Source: Candidatus Latescibacterota bacterium (GTDB lineage: Bacteria; Latescibacterota; UBA2968; GCA-2709665). From it: a DNA stretch of 64,000 nt. Shown here one piece after another: positions 18,399 to 27,396 of the stretch (position 1 is the first letter of the stretch; every line of letters begins with the position of its first letter). The stretch spans positions 704,001 to 768,000 of the forward strand of contig CBDCOX010000002.1 of NCBI GenBank assembly GCA_965219995.1. Reading direction: 5' to 3'. A program made the position numbers and the translations under genes. The notes beneath the pieces are model-generated. The model was given only the letters and a program-made list of their open reading frames with translations, searched no databases and was not told the origin of the DNA.

Positions 18399-19445
18399 AT
18401 GCCAGATGGTCTTCGCAAGGTAGCGGCCAAGGACGGCGCCGGGCGGATCGTCGTCATCGAGGAACCGATCCCACAGCCTGGTCCCGGCCAGGTCCAGATC
18501 GAGGTCAGGGCGAGTTTTGTGAGTCCGGGTACGGAATTGGGCGCCGTGAGGAGGATTCGGGAGAATCCCGGCGGCGGCCCCGCCCGGCCGTTCGGATATT
18601 CGAATGCCGGCGTGGTCGTCGGACAGGGCGAGGGTTGTGAAGATATACCGATGGGAACCCGGGTGGCCTGCATGGGCGGTGGCTATGCACTGCACGCGAC
18701 TCACGCCTGCGTACCCAGGAATATGGCGGTACCCATGCCCGAGGCCGTGCATTTCGAGGATGCGTCGTCCATCCATCTCGTTGCAACGGCATTGAATGCC
18801 GTGCGGCGGGCCGAGCTGACCCTGGGCGAATACGTTGCGGTTGTGGGACTGGGTCCGGTGGGGCAGTTTTCCTGCCAGTGGGCCCGGCTTGCAGGGTGCC
18901 ATACGCTCGCGCTGGACCGGTTGCCGATGCGCCTTGCAGTTGCGGAAAAGACCGGTGCGGACCGGACTGTGAACGCCGGAAAAGAGGACGCCGTGGCCTC
19001 GGCTGCGGAATTTACACGGGGATACGGCGTGGACGCCGGCATTCTCGCGTTCGGTGGAGACGGCACCGAGGCCTTCAGGATGCTCGCGGCGATGATGAAG
19101 CGTGCGCCCGATACGCACCAGATGGGCCGGATCACAATCGTCGGCGGCGCGAAGATCGAGCACGTGTTCGCATCGGGGCTGGGCAACCTGGACGTTCGGA
19201 GTGCGGCGCGGACGGGCCCCGGATATCACGATGAAGCGTGGGAGCACGGACGCGACTATCCGCCGGTATTCATGCAATGGACCACGCGGCGGAACCTGGA
19301 GGAGTGTCTCGCGTTCATGGCTTCCGGCGGGATGCTGGTCGAGCCGCTGATCACCCACCGGGTGGCGCTCGACGACGCGCCGGAGGCGTGCGAGGCGCTG
19401 ATTCAGCGGCCCAATGAAGCGCTGGGTGTCGTGCTGCTGCCTTAG
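18399..19445 (+). CDS. Medium-chain (alcohol dehydrogenase-like) oxidoreductase
   Basis: SPGTE, FGYSNAGVV, VVGLGPVG NAD-binding motif, PLITHR. Confidence 0.82.
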   Translation: MPDGLRKVAAKDGAGRIVVIEEPIPQPGPGQVQIEVRASFVSPGTELGAVRRIRENPGGGPARPFGYSNAGVVVGQGEGCEDIPMGTRVACMGGGYALHATHACVPRNMAVPMPEAVHFEDASSIHLVATALNAVRRAELTLGEYVAVVGLGPVGQFSCQWARLAGCHTLALDRLPMRLAVAEKTGADRTVNAGKEDAVASAAEFTRGYGVDAGILAFGGDGTEAFRMLAAMMKRAPDTHQMGRITIVGGAKIEHVFASGLGNLDVRSAARTGPGYHDEAWEHGRDYPPVFMQWTTRRNLEECLAFMASGGMLVEPLITHRVALDDAPEACEALIQRPNEALGVVLLP

Positions 19446-19491
19446 ACTCTATCCATCGGCAGGAAAACACGAATCGTAACGGGAGTTTCCC

Positions 19492-20574
19492 ATGTCTGGA
19501 AAACAGTATCGAGGCGGTGCGATCGGCAGGACGGGCCGGGGCGGTTACGGGCACGGACTGCATCTGGGCCTGGCTGCAGCGGACGCAGTGGATCTGGTGG
19601 CTGTGGCGGATCCGGACGCGCAGGGGCGTCGGGAGGTCGCGGAGGCCACCGGCGCGGAACGCACCTATGAAGACTATCGGGAGATGCTGGAGAAAGAAGG
19701 GCTGGACATCGTCACCGTGGGGCCCCGCTGGGTGGACTGCCACGAAGAGATGGTGCTGGCGTGTATCGAGGCTGGCTGCCACGTCTATTGCGAGAAACCG
19801 ATGGCCGGCACGCTCGATTCGGCGGATCGCATGGTGTCCGCGGCACGGCGGGCGGGCGTCAAACTGGCCGTCGCGCATCAGGGCGTCTATCTGCCCCAGG
19901 TCCAGGCCGTGAAACGGCTGCTGGACGGCGGCGGCATCGGACCGCTGCAGGCGATTTACGCAACCGGAAAGCAGGACCATCGCGGCGGGGGCGAGGATAT
20001 GATGGTCCTGGGGACGCACCTGTTCAACCTGATGCGATTCCTGGGTGGCGACGTGGCGTGGATGAGCGCGCAGGTCATGGTTGGAGAGCGAGAACTCCGG
20101 ATTGGCGATGCCCGCGAGGCAAACGAGCCGATCGGTCTGATTGCGGGCGACCGCGTACGGAGTTTCTTCGCGTTTCAGAGCGGCGCCGCGGGCTTCTTCG
20201 TTTCCCGGGCCGATCAGCCCGGGAACGGAGCGTGTTTCGGCCTGGAGCTGGTGGGGCGGGACGGACGCCTGATGCTGCGCGGCGGCGCGCCGACCGTGAT
20301 TGCCGCTTATCCCTTCAGCGTCTGGCTTCCGGAGGACGGGTCGCGCGCCTGGGAAGTGCTGGACCTGGAGACCGCGCCGCTTCCCGATGGCAACAGGCGC
20401 GCGATTCTGGATCTGATCGATGCGATCGAGCACGACCGGCAGCCCCTGTCCAGCGGTGTGGATGCGGTGAAGGCCCTTGAAATGGTGCTGGGCGCCTATG
20501 CATCGCAGATCTCGGGCGGGCGCGTGTCGTTTCCGATGGCCGACCGAACCCATCCGCTCGAGGGCCATGCATAG
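19492..20574 (+). CDS. Gfo/Idh/MocA-family oxidoreductase
   Basis: GRTGRGGYGH, HVYCEKPMA, GGGEDMMVLGTH. Confidence 0.88.
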   Translation: MSGKQYRGGAIGRTGRGGYGHGLHLGLAAADAVDLVAVADPDAQGRREVAEATGAERTYEDYREMLEKEGLDIVTVGPRWVDCHEEMVLACIEAGCHVYCEKPMAGTLDSADRMVSAARRAGVKLAVAHQGVYLPQVQAVKRLLDGGGIGPLQAIYATGKQDHRGGGEDMMVLGTHLFNLMRFLGGDVAWMSAQVMVGERELRIGDAREANEPIGLIAGDRVRSFFAFQSGAAGFFVSRADQPGNGACFGLELVGRDGRLMLRGGAPTVIAAYPFSVWLPEDGSRAWEVLDLETAPLPDGNRRAILDLIDAIEHDRQPLSSGVDAVKALEMVLGAYASQISGGRVSFPMADRTHPLEGHA

Positions 20575-20715
20575 CCGTCAACTCAAGTACGGATACTTTG
20601 GATATCCTGTTGGATTGTCGTATATTGTCCGAAGTATATCCTTGCAGCAGGGGATTGCATCGGTTTCCGGCCCGTTCATTCGGCATCCGGCCCCCAGGCG
20701 GAAGGTGGAATCACG

Positions 20716-21678
20716 ATGAATGCGAGAATCACCAGGGATATTTCTGATCGGATGCGCCCTTCGATTATGCTGGCCGCGTGGCCGGGCATGGGGAGCGTGG
20801 GCGTCGGGGCGCTGGATTACCTGCGGCGGAAGCTGGACGCGGCGCCGTTCGCGGAGATCGACATGAGCGAATATTTCGCGCCGGAGGCGGTGGTTGTCGA
20901 AAAAGGACTCGCCCGCTCGTTTTCCGACCTGCCGAGCCACGTTTTCTATTACGTGGAGGAGCCGCCGCTGATCATATCCGAAAGCGAAGCGCAGATACCC
21001 GGGATGGGTGGCACGGTCCTTATGGGCCACATGCTCGATCTTGCGCAGCGGTTCAAGGTGGAAACCATCTATACGGGGGCGGCATACGCAATGCCAATCA
21101 GCCACAACGAACGCGTTCAGGTGCTCGGCGCGGCCAACCAGGAAGCGCTTCGGGACGCGCTCGGCCAATATGGCGTGGAGATCCTGCAGGAAGGACATAT
21201 TGCCGGTCTGAATGGACTGTTGCTGGGGTCGGCCGGGCTGCGAAATATCCGGGCGGCCTGCCTGTTGGCGACCATGCCGATGTACGCCCAGATGATGCCG
21301 AACCCCAAGGCGTCGCGTGAGATCGTTCGCGTCTGGTCGGAAATGTTGCAGCTGGACGTGAATATGTCGGAGATCGACCAGGCCGTTGAACGCATGGACG
21401 ACACCATGTCCCAGATCGAAGAGAAGATCCGTACCACCTTCTCCACCATGGAACCCGAGAACGAGGATGAAATCGAACTCGAAGAAGTGGACGAAGAGCA
21501 GGTGCCTCAGGTGGTCATGGAGCGGATCGAACGCCTCTTCGGCGAGGTCGAACACGAGACGACCAAAGAGAAGGCGGCCCTGTTGAAGCGGGAACTGGAC
21601 CGGTGGAACCTGTATGGACTCTACGAAGACCGGTTTCTGGGTCTGTTCCGAAAGGACAGCGGCCCCAATCGCGGGTAA
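20716..21678 (+). CDS. PAC2 (proteasome assembly chaperone 2) family protein
   Basis: AAWPGMGSVG, YTGAAY, GHIAGLNGLLL, AACLLATMP, PNPKAS; acidic linker and helical C-terminal extension. Confidence 0.78.
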   Translation: MNARITRDISDRMRPSIMLAAWPGMGSVGVGALDYLRRKLDAAPFAEIDMSEYFAPEAVVVEKGLARSFSDLPSHVFYYVEEPPLIISESEAQIPGMGGTVLMGHMLDLAQRFKVETIYTGAAYAMPISHNERVQVLGAANQEALRDALGQYGVEILQEGHIAGLNGLLLGSAGLRNIRAACLLATMPMYAQMMPNPKASREIVRVWSEMLQLDVNMSEIDQAVERMDDTMSQIEEKIRTTFSTMEPENEDEIELEEVDEEQVPQVVMERIERLFGEVEHETTKEKAALLKRELDRWNLYGLYEDRFLGLFRKDSGPNRG

Positions 21679-21856
21679 CGAGGTGTACCGTCAACCCATT
21701 CGCGTTCTGAAGTTACGAGGAACGCGGCGATACCCGGGATCCAACGCTCGGTTCGGCAAGATCGGTTTGCCGCGCTGAATTCGCTCATTCCCCCCGTCGT
21801 CTGATCCGCCCGCCACGTCCCAACCCGTCACAACCGTTGAAGACAAGGAGACAAAA

Positions 21857-22933
21857 GTGTATCCGGAGCCCGTCGACAGTGCCCAGTTGAAAATCGATCT
21901 GTACAGCGATACGGCAACGAAACCCACCCGGGAAATGCGGGAGTTCATGTGCGCGGCGGAAGTCGGCGATGAGCAGCGCGGGGAAGACCCGTCGGTGAAC
22001 GAACTTCAGGACATGGTGGCCGAAATGCTGGGCAAGGAATCCGCATTGCTGCTGCCGTCGGGCACGATGTGCAATCAGATCGCCTTTGCGGTTCACTGCC
22101 GACCCGGTGATATGGTTCTGCTCGAACGGAACGCCCACCCGCTGCATTCCGAAGCCGGCGGCGCCGCGGTCCTCGCAAGCACGACTCTATATCCGGTGGA
22201 CGGCGTGAACGGGCACTTTACAGCCGGGCATGTCGTGGCGGAAGTCCAGCCGGCCACCCGTTACTGGCCGGGCTTCCGGCTGGTGGCCGTGGAGCAGACC
22301 ACGAACCGGCCGGGCGGCCGCGTCTGGCCGCTGGAGCAGATGCGGGAGGTCTGCGAGGCGGCGCACGAGCGGAATCTGCAGACGCACATGGACGGCGCCC
22401 GACTGTTCAATGCGGTGGTCGCGTCCGGGATACCGGCGGTGGAATACGCCCGCACATTCGACTCGCTCTGGATCGATCTGAGCAAGGGCCTGGGCGCGCC
22501 TATCGGGGGTGTCCTGGCGGGCTCGCGCGGGTTCATCGAGTCCGCATGGCAGTGGAAGCAGCGGATCGGCGGCGCGATGCGGCAGGCGGGGTTCGTGGCG
22601 GCCGCCGGGATCTACGCGCTGCGGCACAACATCGACCGGCTGGCTGAGGACCACGCCAACGCCAGGCGGCTTGCGTTAGGGATTTCGGACGCGCCGGGGA
22701 TTCAGGTGAATCCGGACGAGGTCGAAACCAATATGGTCAAGTTCGACGTGGGAGGAACGGGAATCGGTTCGAAGGAATTTGCGAGCCGGCTGCTCGCCGA
22801 TTGGGGCGTCCGGGTGAGCACGCCGGGCCCAACGGCGATTCGCGCCATCCCGTATCTCGGCATCAGCCGGGATGACGTCGACGAAGCCACGCGCGCGATC
22901 TGCTCCGTGGCAGAGGAACTTGCGGAGGGGTAA
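21857..22933 (+). CDS. ltaE: Low-specificity L-threonine aldolase family (PLP)
   Basis: DLYSDTATKPT, VGDEQRGEDPSV, PSGTMCN, HMDGARLFNA, LSKGLGAP, GGAMRQAG. Confidence 0.85.
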   Translation: MYPEPVDSAQLKIDLYSDTATKPTREMREFMCAAEVGDEQRGEDPSVNELQDMVAEMLGKESALLLPSGTMCNQIAFAVHCRPGDMVLLERNAHPLHSEAGGAAVLASTTLYPVDGVNGHFTAGHVVAEVQPATRYWPGFRLVAVEQTTNRPGGRVWPLEQMREVCEAAHERNLQTHMDGARLFNAVVASGIPAVEYARTFDSLWIDLSKGLGAPIGGVLAGSRGFIESAWQWKQRIGGAMRQAGFVAAAGIYALRHNIDRLAEDHANARRLALGISDAPGIQVNPDEVETNMVKFDVGGTGIGSKEFASRLLADWGVRVSTPGPTAIRAIPYLGISRDDVDEATRAICSVAEELAEG

Positions 22934-22942
22934 ACATAGCCA

Positions 22943-23761
22943 ATGCGAATCATCGATCCTCACGTACACGTCTGGGTGAACGACCCCGCGTATCCCTGGG
23001 CGCCGGACAACCCGAATCCGCCGGCAGAGGATGCAACCTGCGAGATGCTGCTGGAGGAGATGGCGCGCAACGGTACGGAAAAAACCGTGCTGGTTCAGGT
23101 GATCCACTACAAATGGGACAACCGGTACGCGGGCGACTGCCTGAGAAAATATCCGGACCGCTTCGAGGGCGTCTGCCGCGTGGACCCGGAGAATCCTGCC
23201 GCGGCAGACGATCTGAGCCGATGGGTGGAGGAATACGGTTTCAGAGGAGTGCGGCTGAGTCCGGGCGCGGGCCGGGAGGGAGACTGGTTCACAGGCCGCG
23301 GCCTGGACCGCCTGTGGCGGAGGACACGCGACCTGAACGTGCCCATGTGCATCCTGACGTCGCAGGGACGATTGCCGGACCTGGAGCGCTGGATTCGAAA
23401 ATACGATGATGTACAGGTTTGTGTGGACCACATGGCCTGGCCGCCGGTCGACGGCACCGGCGACGCCGCGAATCTGCTTCGGCTCGCCCGTTATCCGGAG
23501 GTGTACGTGAAGATATCGGGCACCTGGGGTGTGTCGCAGGAATCGTATCCCTACCGGGACACGCACGCGGTTGTCAGGCAGGTCTACGACGCGTTCGGCC
23601 CGGAACGGCTCATGTGGGGCACCGACTGGCCGCTCGTCGAACGGAAATGCGGCTATGCCGGAGCGCTGGATATCGTAAGAAAAGAACTCGCGTTTCTGAA
23701 TGACACGGATCGGGAGTGGATACTCGGAAAGACCGTGCTCAGGCTCTGGCCGTTCGACTGA
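22943..23761 (+). CDS. Amidohydrolase_2 family protein (sugar lactonase-like)
   Basis: IIDPHVHVW, VDHMA, YVKISG, AFGPERLMWGTDWP. Confidence 0.85.
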   Translation: MRIIDPHVHVWVNDPAYPWAPDNPNPPAEDATCEMLLEEMARNGTEKTVLVQVIHYKWDNRYAGDCLRKYPDRFEGVCRVDPENPAAADDLSRWVEEYGFRGVRLSPGAGREGDWFTGRGLDRLWRRTRDLNVPMCILTSQGRLPDLERWIRKYDDVQVCVDHMAWPPVDGTGDAANLLRLARYPEVYVKISGTWGVSQESYPYRDTHAVVRQVYDAFGPERLMWGTDWPLVERKCGYAGALDIVRKELAFLNDTDREWILGKTVLRLWPFD

Positions 23762-23785
23762 CGGCGGGCCGTTCTGGAGGCATCC

Positions 23786-24604
23786 ATGTACAAGGTGTCG
23801 TACGACGGTACGAACAAGAAGATCCTCTGGCAGGAGATGTGGCGGCACGAGTTCGAAGAGGCCCTGAAACACGATCCTGTCGTAATATTGCCCACGGGTT
23901 CGGTGGAACAGCACGGCCCCCACTGCCCGATGGACGTGGATATCGTGGGTCCGTTTTATATGGCGGCGCGCGTGGCGCAGCGGGTGGACGATTTCCCCGT
24001 GATCGTCGCCCCGCCGATCTGGTCCGGATTCACCCACTACAACAAGGGTTTTGCGGGAACCATCAGCCTGCGGATCGAGACCTACCTGAACCTCGTCGGC
24101 GACGTCTGCAGGAGCATCTATGACAACGGATTCAAACGCATCGTGATGGTGAACGGGCACGGGGGCAATATGGCGCCCAACCACGTGGTTCGGGACACCA
24201 TCGCGGAAGAGAACGTGTTTGTGGTCGCCTATAGCTGGTGGCAGTCCGTCGCGGACGAGATGCTGGCGTGGAGCGATGCGGACAACGGCAGCGTCGGCCA
24301 CGGCGGCGAGTGGGAGACGTCGGTACAATTGTATCTGCGGGAGCATCTTATCGAGAAATCTCTGATGAATGACGACATCTTTCCGAATCCGTTCAGCGAG
24401 GATCTCCGGCACTTCGGCGGGTTTTCGGAACGCCGCAGGGATACCCGCGACGTCACCGGCACCATGGGCAGTTCGAGCGTTGCCAGCAGGGAGAAGGGGG
24501 AGCGGGTCTTCAACCTGGCGGTAGACCGCCTGGAGCGCCTGGTCCGGGAGTACCACGACCAGCCGGTCAGACAGTACAGGGAGTTCGGCTCGCATTGTCC
24601 CTGA
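23786..24604 (+). CDS. Creatininase-family amidohydrolase
   Basis: PTGSVEQHGPH..MDVD, VNGHGGN, GHGGEWETS. Confidence 0.88.
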   Translation: MYKVSYDGTNKKILWQEMWRHEFEEALKHDPVVILPTGSVEQHGPHCPMDVDIVGPFYMAARVAQRVDDFPVIVAPPIWSGFTHYNKGFAGTISLRIETYLNLVGDVCRSIYDNGFKRIVMVNGHGGNMAPNHVVRDTIAEENVFVVAYSWWQSVADEMLAWSDADNGSVGHGGEWETSVQLYLREHLIEKSLMNDDIFPNPFSEDLRHFGGFSERRRDTRDVTGTMGSSSVASREKGERVFNLAVDRLERLVREYHDQPVRQYREFGSHCP

Positions 24605-24637
24605 GAACCGATTGCGAATCTGCAGGAGGCAAAGGGC

Positions 24638-26245
24638 ATGTCGGATCTGCTTTATTTCGATTGTCACGCGACCGTCGGGCAGCGACCCATGAAACATCCC
24701 CGGGTGCGCTGGTCCACCGAGCACCTTCTCGAAGATATGGACCTTGCCGAGATATCCGGCGCGCTGGTCACGCACGGCGTCGCCCGGAGTTACGATCCCG
24801 TGTACGGAAATCGCCGGTTGCAGGCGGAACGGGCAAAGGCGCCCGGCAGGCTGTTCGGGGCGTGGTGTATCGTTCCGCTGGGAGACCCCGGTTTCTTTGC
24901 CGATGGCGATGCGTTGATCGCGGCGATGGAGGAGGATGACGCCCGGGCCGTGCGTCTGATGCCGGGGGGTTTTCCCCTGCATCCGGAACTGGTGGGTCCG
25001 ACCTTCGAGGTCCTGCAGCACCACGGCATCCTGACGCTGCTGGAGGTCGGCTGGGGAATGCCGGACATATTCGGATTCTTCCACGACCTGCTGTCCCGGT
25101 ACCCGCGGCTGCCGGTATTGCTGACGGACCACGTCTGGAGCCAGCAACGCCACGTCTACGCGTTGATGCAACGGCACCGGAACCTGCACCTGGAATTCTC
25201 ATCCTACCAGATCAACCGGGGAATCGAGAAGTACGTGGCGGACTTTGGAGACGAGCGCCTGCTTTTCGGTACCGGGGGCACCGAAAAGTCGCCCGGCGCC
25301 GCTCGCTTTTACGTGGACTACGCGCAGATTCCGGATGCTTCCAAACGCCGGATTGCGGGCGGGAATCTGAAGCGGTTATTGAAGGGACAGGGTCCGGCAC
25401 AGCCGGCGCCGCCCTCGAGCAACGCGGATGGCATCATGGCAGAGGCCAGGTCGGGCCGGCCGCTGTCGGTTCCGGTCCTCGACGCGCATTCCCACGTGTT
25501 GCACGAAGGCGGGCAGACGGCGGGTGTGAATTATCTCATGTACGACGGCGACGCCGAACACATGCTGGCCCTGAACGCGCGTTGCGGCATCGACAGGACC
25601 GCAATGATGAGCTGGAATGCGCCGGTCTGCGTGGATGCGCAAGACGGCAACGAGATCGTCTGGCGGGCCATGCAAAGGTTCGGCGACCCGGTGATCGGCG
25701 TGGCGGTCATCGATCCGACCCATATGACGCCTGCCGAGATGCAGGCCGAGATCCATCTGCGGTATATGGATCAGGGATTTGTGGGCATGAAACCCTACGT
25801 GCGGATGAACATGAACTATGAAGACGAGAAATTCATGCCCTGGTGGGAGTTCGGAAACGAGCACAGCCTCTACGCGTTGATGCACGTGGCCGGGCACACG
25901 GGCGGCGTGGCCGGCATCGGCAGATTGGCGGAGCGGTTCCCGGATGTCAGTTGGCTGATTGCGCACGCGGGCGGCAGTTACCACTTCGCGGAGGAGGTGG
26001 CGGCGTGTATCCGGGAGCACCCGAACGTGTACGCCGAGATCACGCTGACGCCCGTAACGAACCGCGTCGTGGAGTTTCTGGTTTCGGCAACCGACGAGGA
26101 TCACGTGCTGTTCGGCACGGATGCGCCGATGAGAGATCCCAGGCAGCAACTCGGATGGGTGGTCTGGGCACAGTTGCCCCTGGCGGCGAAAGAGAAGGTT
26201 CTGGGCGGGAATTTCCAGCGGATACTGGATCGGGTGAGGTTGTGA
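24638..26245 (+). CDS. Tandem two-domain amidohydrolase-family protein
   Basis: Two TIM-barrel units: FDCHAT...ERLLFGT...IAGGNL and LDAHSH...IAHAGG...VLFGTDAP...LGGNF. Confidence 0.8.
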   Translation: MSDLLYFDCHATVGQRPMKHPRVRWSTEHLLEDMDLAEISGALVTHGVARSYDPVYGNRRLQAERAKAPGRLFGAWCIVPLGDPGFFADGDALIAAMEEDDARAVRLMPGGFPLHPELVGPTFEVLQHHGILTLLEVGWGMPDIFGFFHDLLSRYPRLPVLLTDHVWSQQRHVYALMQRHRNLHLEFSSYQINRGIEKYVADFGDERLLFGTGGTEKSPGAARFYVDYAQIPDASKRRIAGGNLKRLLKGQGPAQPAPPSSNADGIMAEARSGRPLSVPVLDAHSHVLHEGGQTAGVNYLMYDGDAEHMLALNARCGIDRTAMMSWNAPVCVDAQDGNEIVWRAMQRFGDPVIGVAVIDPTHMTPAEMQAEIHLRYMDQGFVGMKPYVRMNMNYEDEKFMPWWEFGNEHSLYALMHVAGHTGGVAGIGRLAERFPDVSWLIAHAGGSYHFAEEVAACIREHPNVYAEITLTPVTNRVVEFLVSATDEDHVLFGTDAPMRDPRQQLGWVVWAQLPLAAKEKVLGGNFQRILDRVRL

Positions 26246-26301
26246 GGGTGCCGCCGCCGGCACCTGGTGAAGAACCAGACTGAGGGAGATCGTTCGCAGA
26301 C

Positions 26302-27375
26302 ATGGATACCATACGTGTGGCGCTGTTCGGACTGACGCATCCGCACTCGCTCGCGCACCTGAAGACGTTGCAATTGTGCGATATGGTGCGCGGTATCGTG
26401 CTGTATGACGACGACGCGGGGGTTGTCGCGGGAGTCCGGAACTCGACGGACGACAAGATCGACGGGGGGTACCACGATCTGGAGGAAATGCTGGAGAAGG
26501 AATCCTTCGACGTGGGAGTTGCGGACTTTCAGAATCACGTGAACGGGTCGCTTTGCCTCAGATTGATCGACCGGGGCGTCCACGTGATCAGCGAGAAGCC
26601 GATTTCCAATTCCTCCTCGGAACTGTCCCGGATTGTCCGCGCGGCGTCGCGGGCCGAGGTGAAGCTGGGCGTTATGTACCAGAACCGGTACCACCCGGTC
26701 GCCCGGGAGGCGCGCCGCCTGGTGCGGGAAGGCATCGTCGGCCGGGTTACGGGATGCGAAGCGAGGATGATCACCTCGCAGGTCCGATTCAGGAATCCCG
26801 GTCACTGGCTGTTCGACAGACGGAAAGCGGGCGGCGGGATTCTGTCGTGGCTGGGTTGCCACTATATCGATCTGTTGCGCTATGTAATGAACGACGAGGT
26901 TGTCGAGGTTGTTGCGCTGACAGATACCCTCAGCGGTGAGGACATCGACGTGGAAGACGTGGCGTCGCTGGGATTCCGGTTCGGGCGGGGCGCCATCGGC
27001 AGCCTGCACGCTGGATATCAGCTCGCGATGAGCGTCCCCGGCTATTCCGGCGCCACGTACGACACCTACGTGGGGTTTCGCGGCACCGAAGGCAGGGTGT
27101 ACTGGAATCCTGTCGACCGGCCGCCCGAGTTGCACGCGGAGAGCGCGAATCCGGCCTGGCAGGCCTCGCCTGCGCGCTCGTATCGTTACGCGTTGCCGGA
27201 ATTGGACTGTTACGGCGGCGCCTTTGGCATTGCGTTCATGGAACGGTTCTTCCGATCGGCGCAGGGCGACGGAGAGCCGCCGGCCACGGGAGACGACGCG
27301 CTCAGGGTGTCCCGGATCATCGAGGCGGCGTACGAATCCAGCGAAACCGGCCGCCGTGTCAGCCTCTCGCTTTAG
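26302..27375 (+). CDS. Gfo/Idh/MocA-family oxidoreductase
   Basis: VHVISEKP, GGGILSWLGCHYIDL, EDVAS, IIEAAYES. Confidence 0.88.
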   Translation: MDTIRVALFGLTHPHSLAHLKTLQLCDMVRGIVLYDDDAGVVAGVRNSTDDKIDGGYHDLEEMLEKESFDVGVADFQNHVNGSLCLRLIDRGVHVISEKPISNSSSELSRIVRAASRAEVKLGVMYQNRYHPVAREARRLVREGIVGRVTGCEARMITSQVRFRNPGHWLFDRRKAGGGILSWLGCHYIDLLRYVMNDEVVEVVALTDTLSGEDIDVEDVASLGFRFGRGAIGSLHAGYQLAMSVPGYSGATYDTYVGFRGTEGRVYWNPVDRPPELHAESANPAWQASPARSYRYALPELDCYGGAFGIAFMERFFRSAQGDGEPPATGDDALRVSRIIEAAYESSETGRRVSLSL

Positions 27376-27396
27376 GAATAGAAGCGAACATTTGTA

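Noticed and set aside
21690-21850. Hairpins upstream of the threonine aldolase (possible glycine riboswitch)
   Set aside because: No GGAGA/CCGAAG/CUCUCAGG core; only generic short stems.
24596-24640. Creatininase ends HCP-TGA and the frame stays open into the next gene (possible Sec read-through fusion)
   Set aside because: No CxxU/CU motif or clear SECIS hairpin, and the downstream gene has its own GGAGG RBS; in-frame spacing occurs one time in three by chance.
22676-25189. Very long antisense ORFs (837 aa here; also 9657-11663, 13134-15056, 16296-18128, 26101-28137, 42786-44435, 48980-50623)
   Set aside because: Each lies opposite a well-supported gene, has no motifs and is Arg/Pro/His-rich; these are shadow frames expected from high GC3 codon bias.
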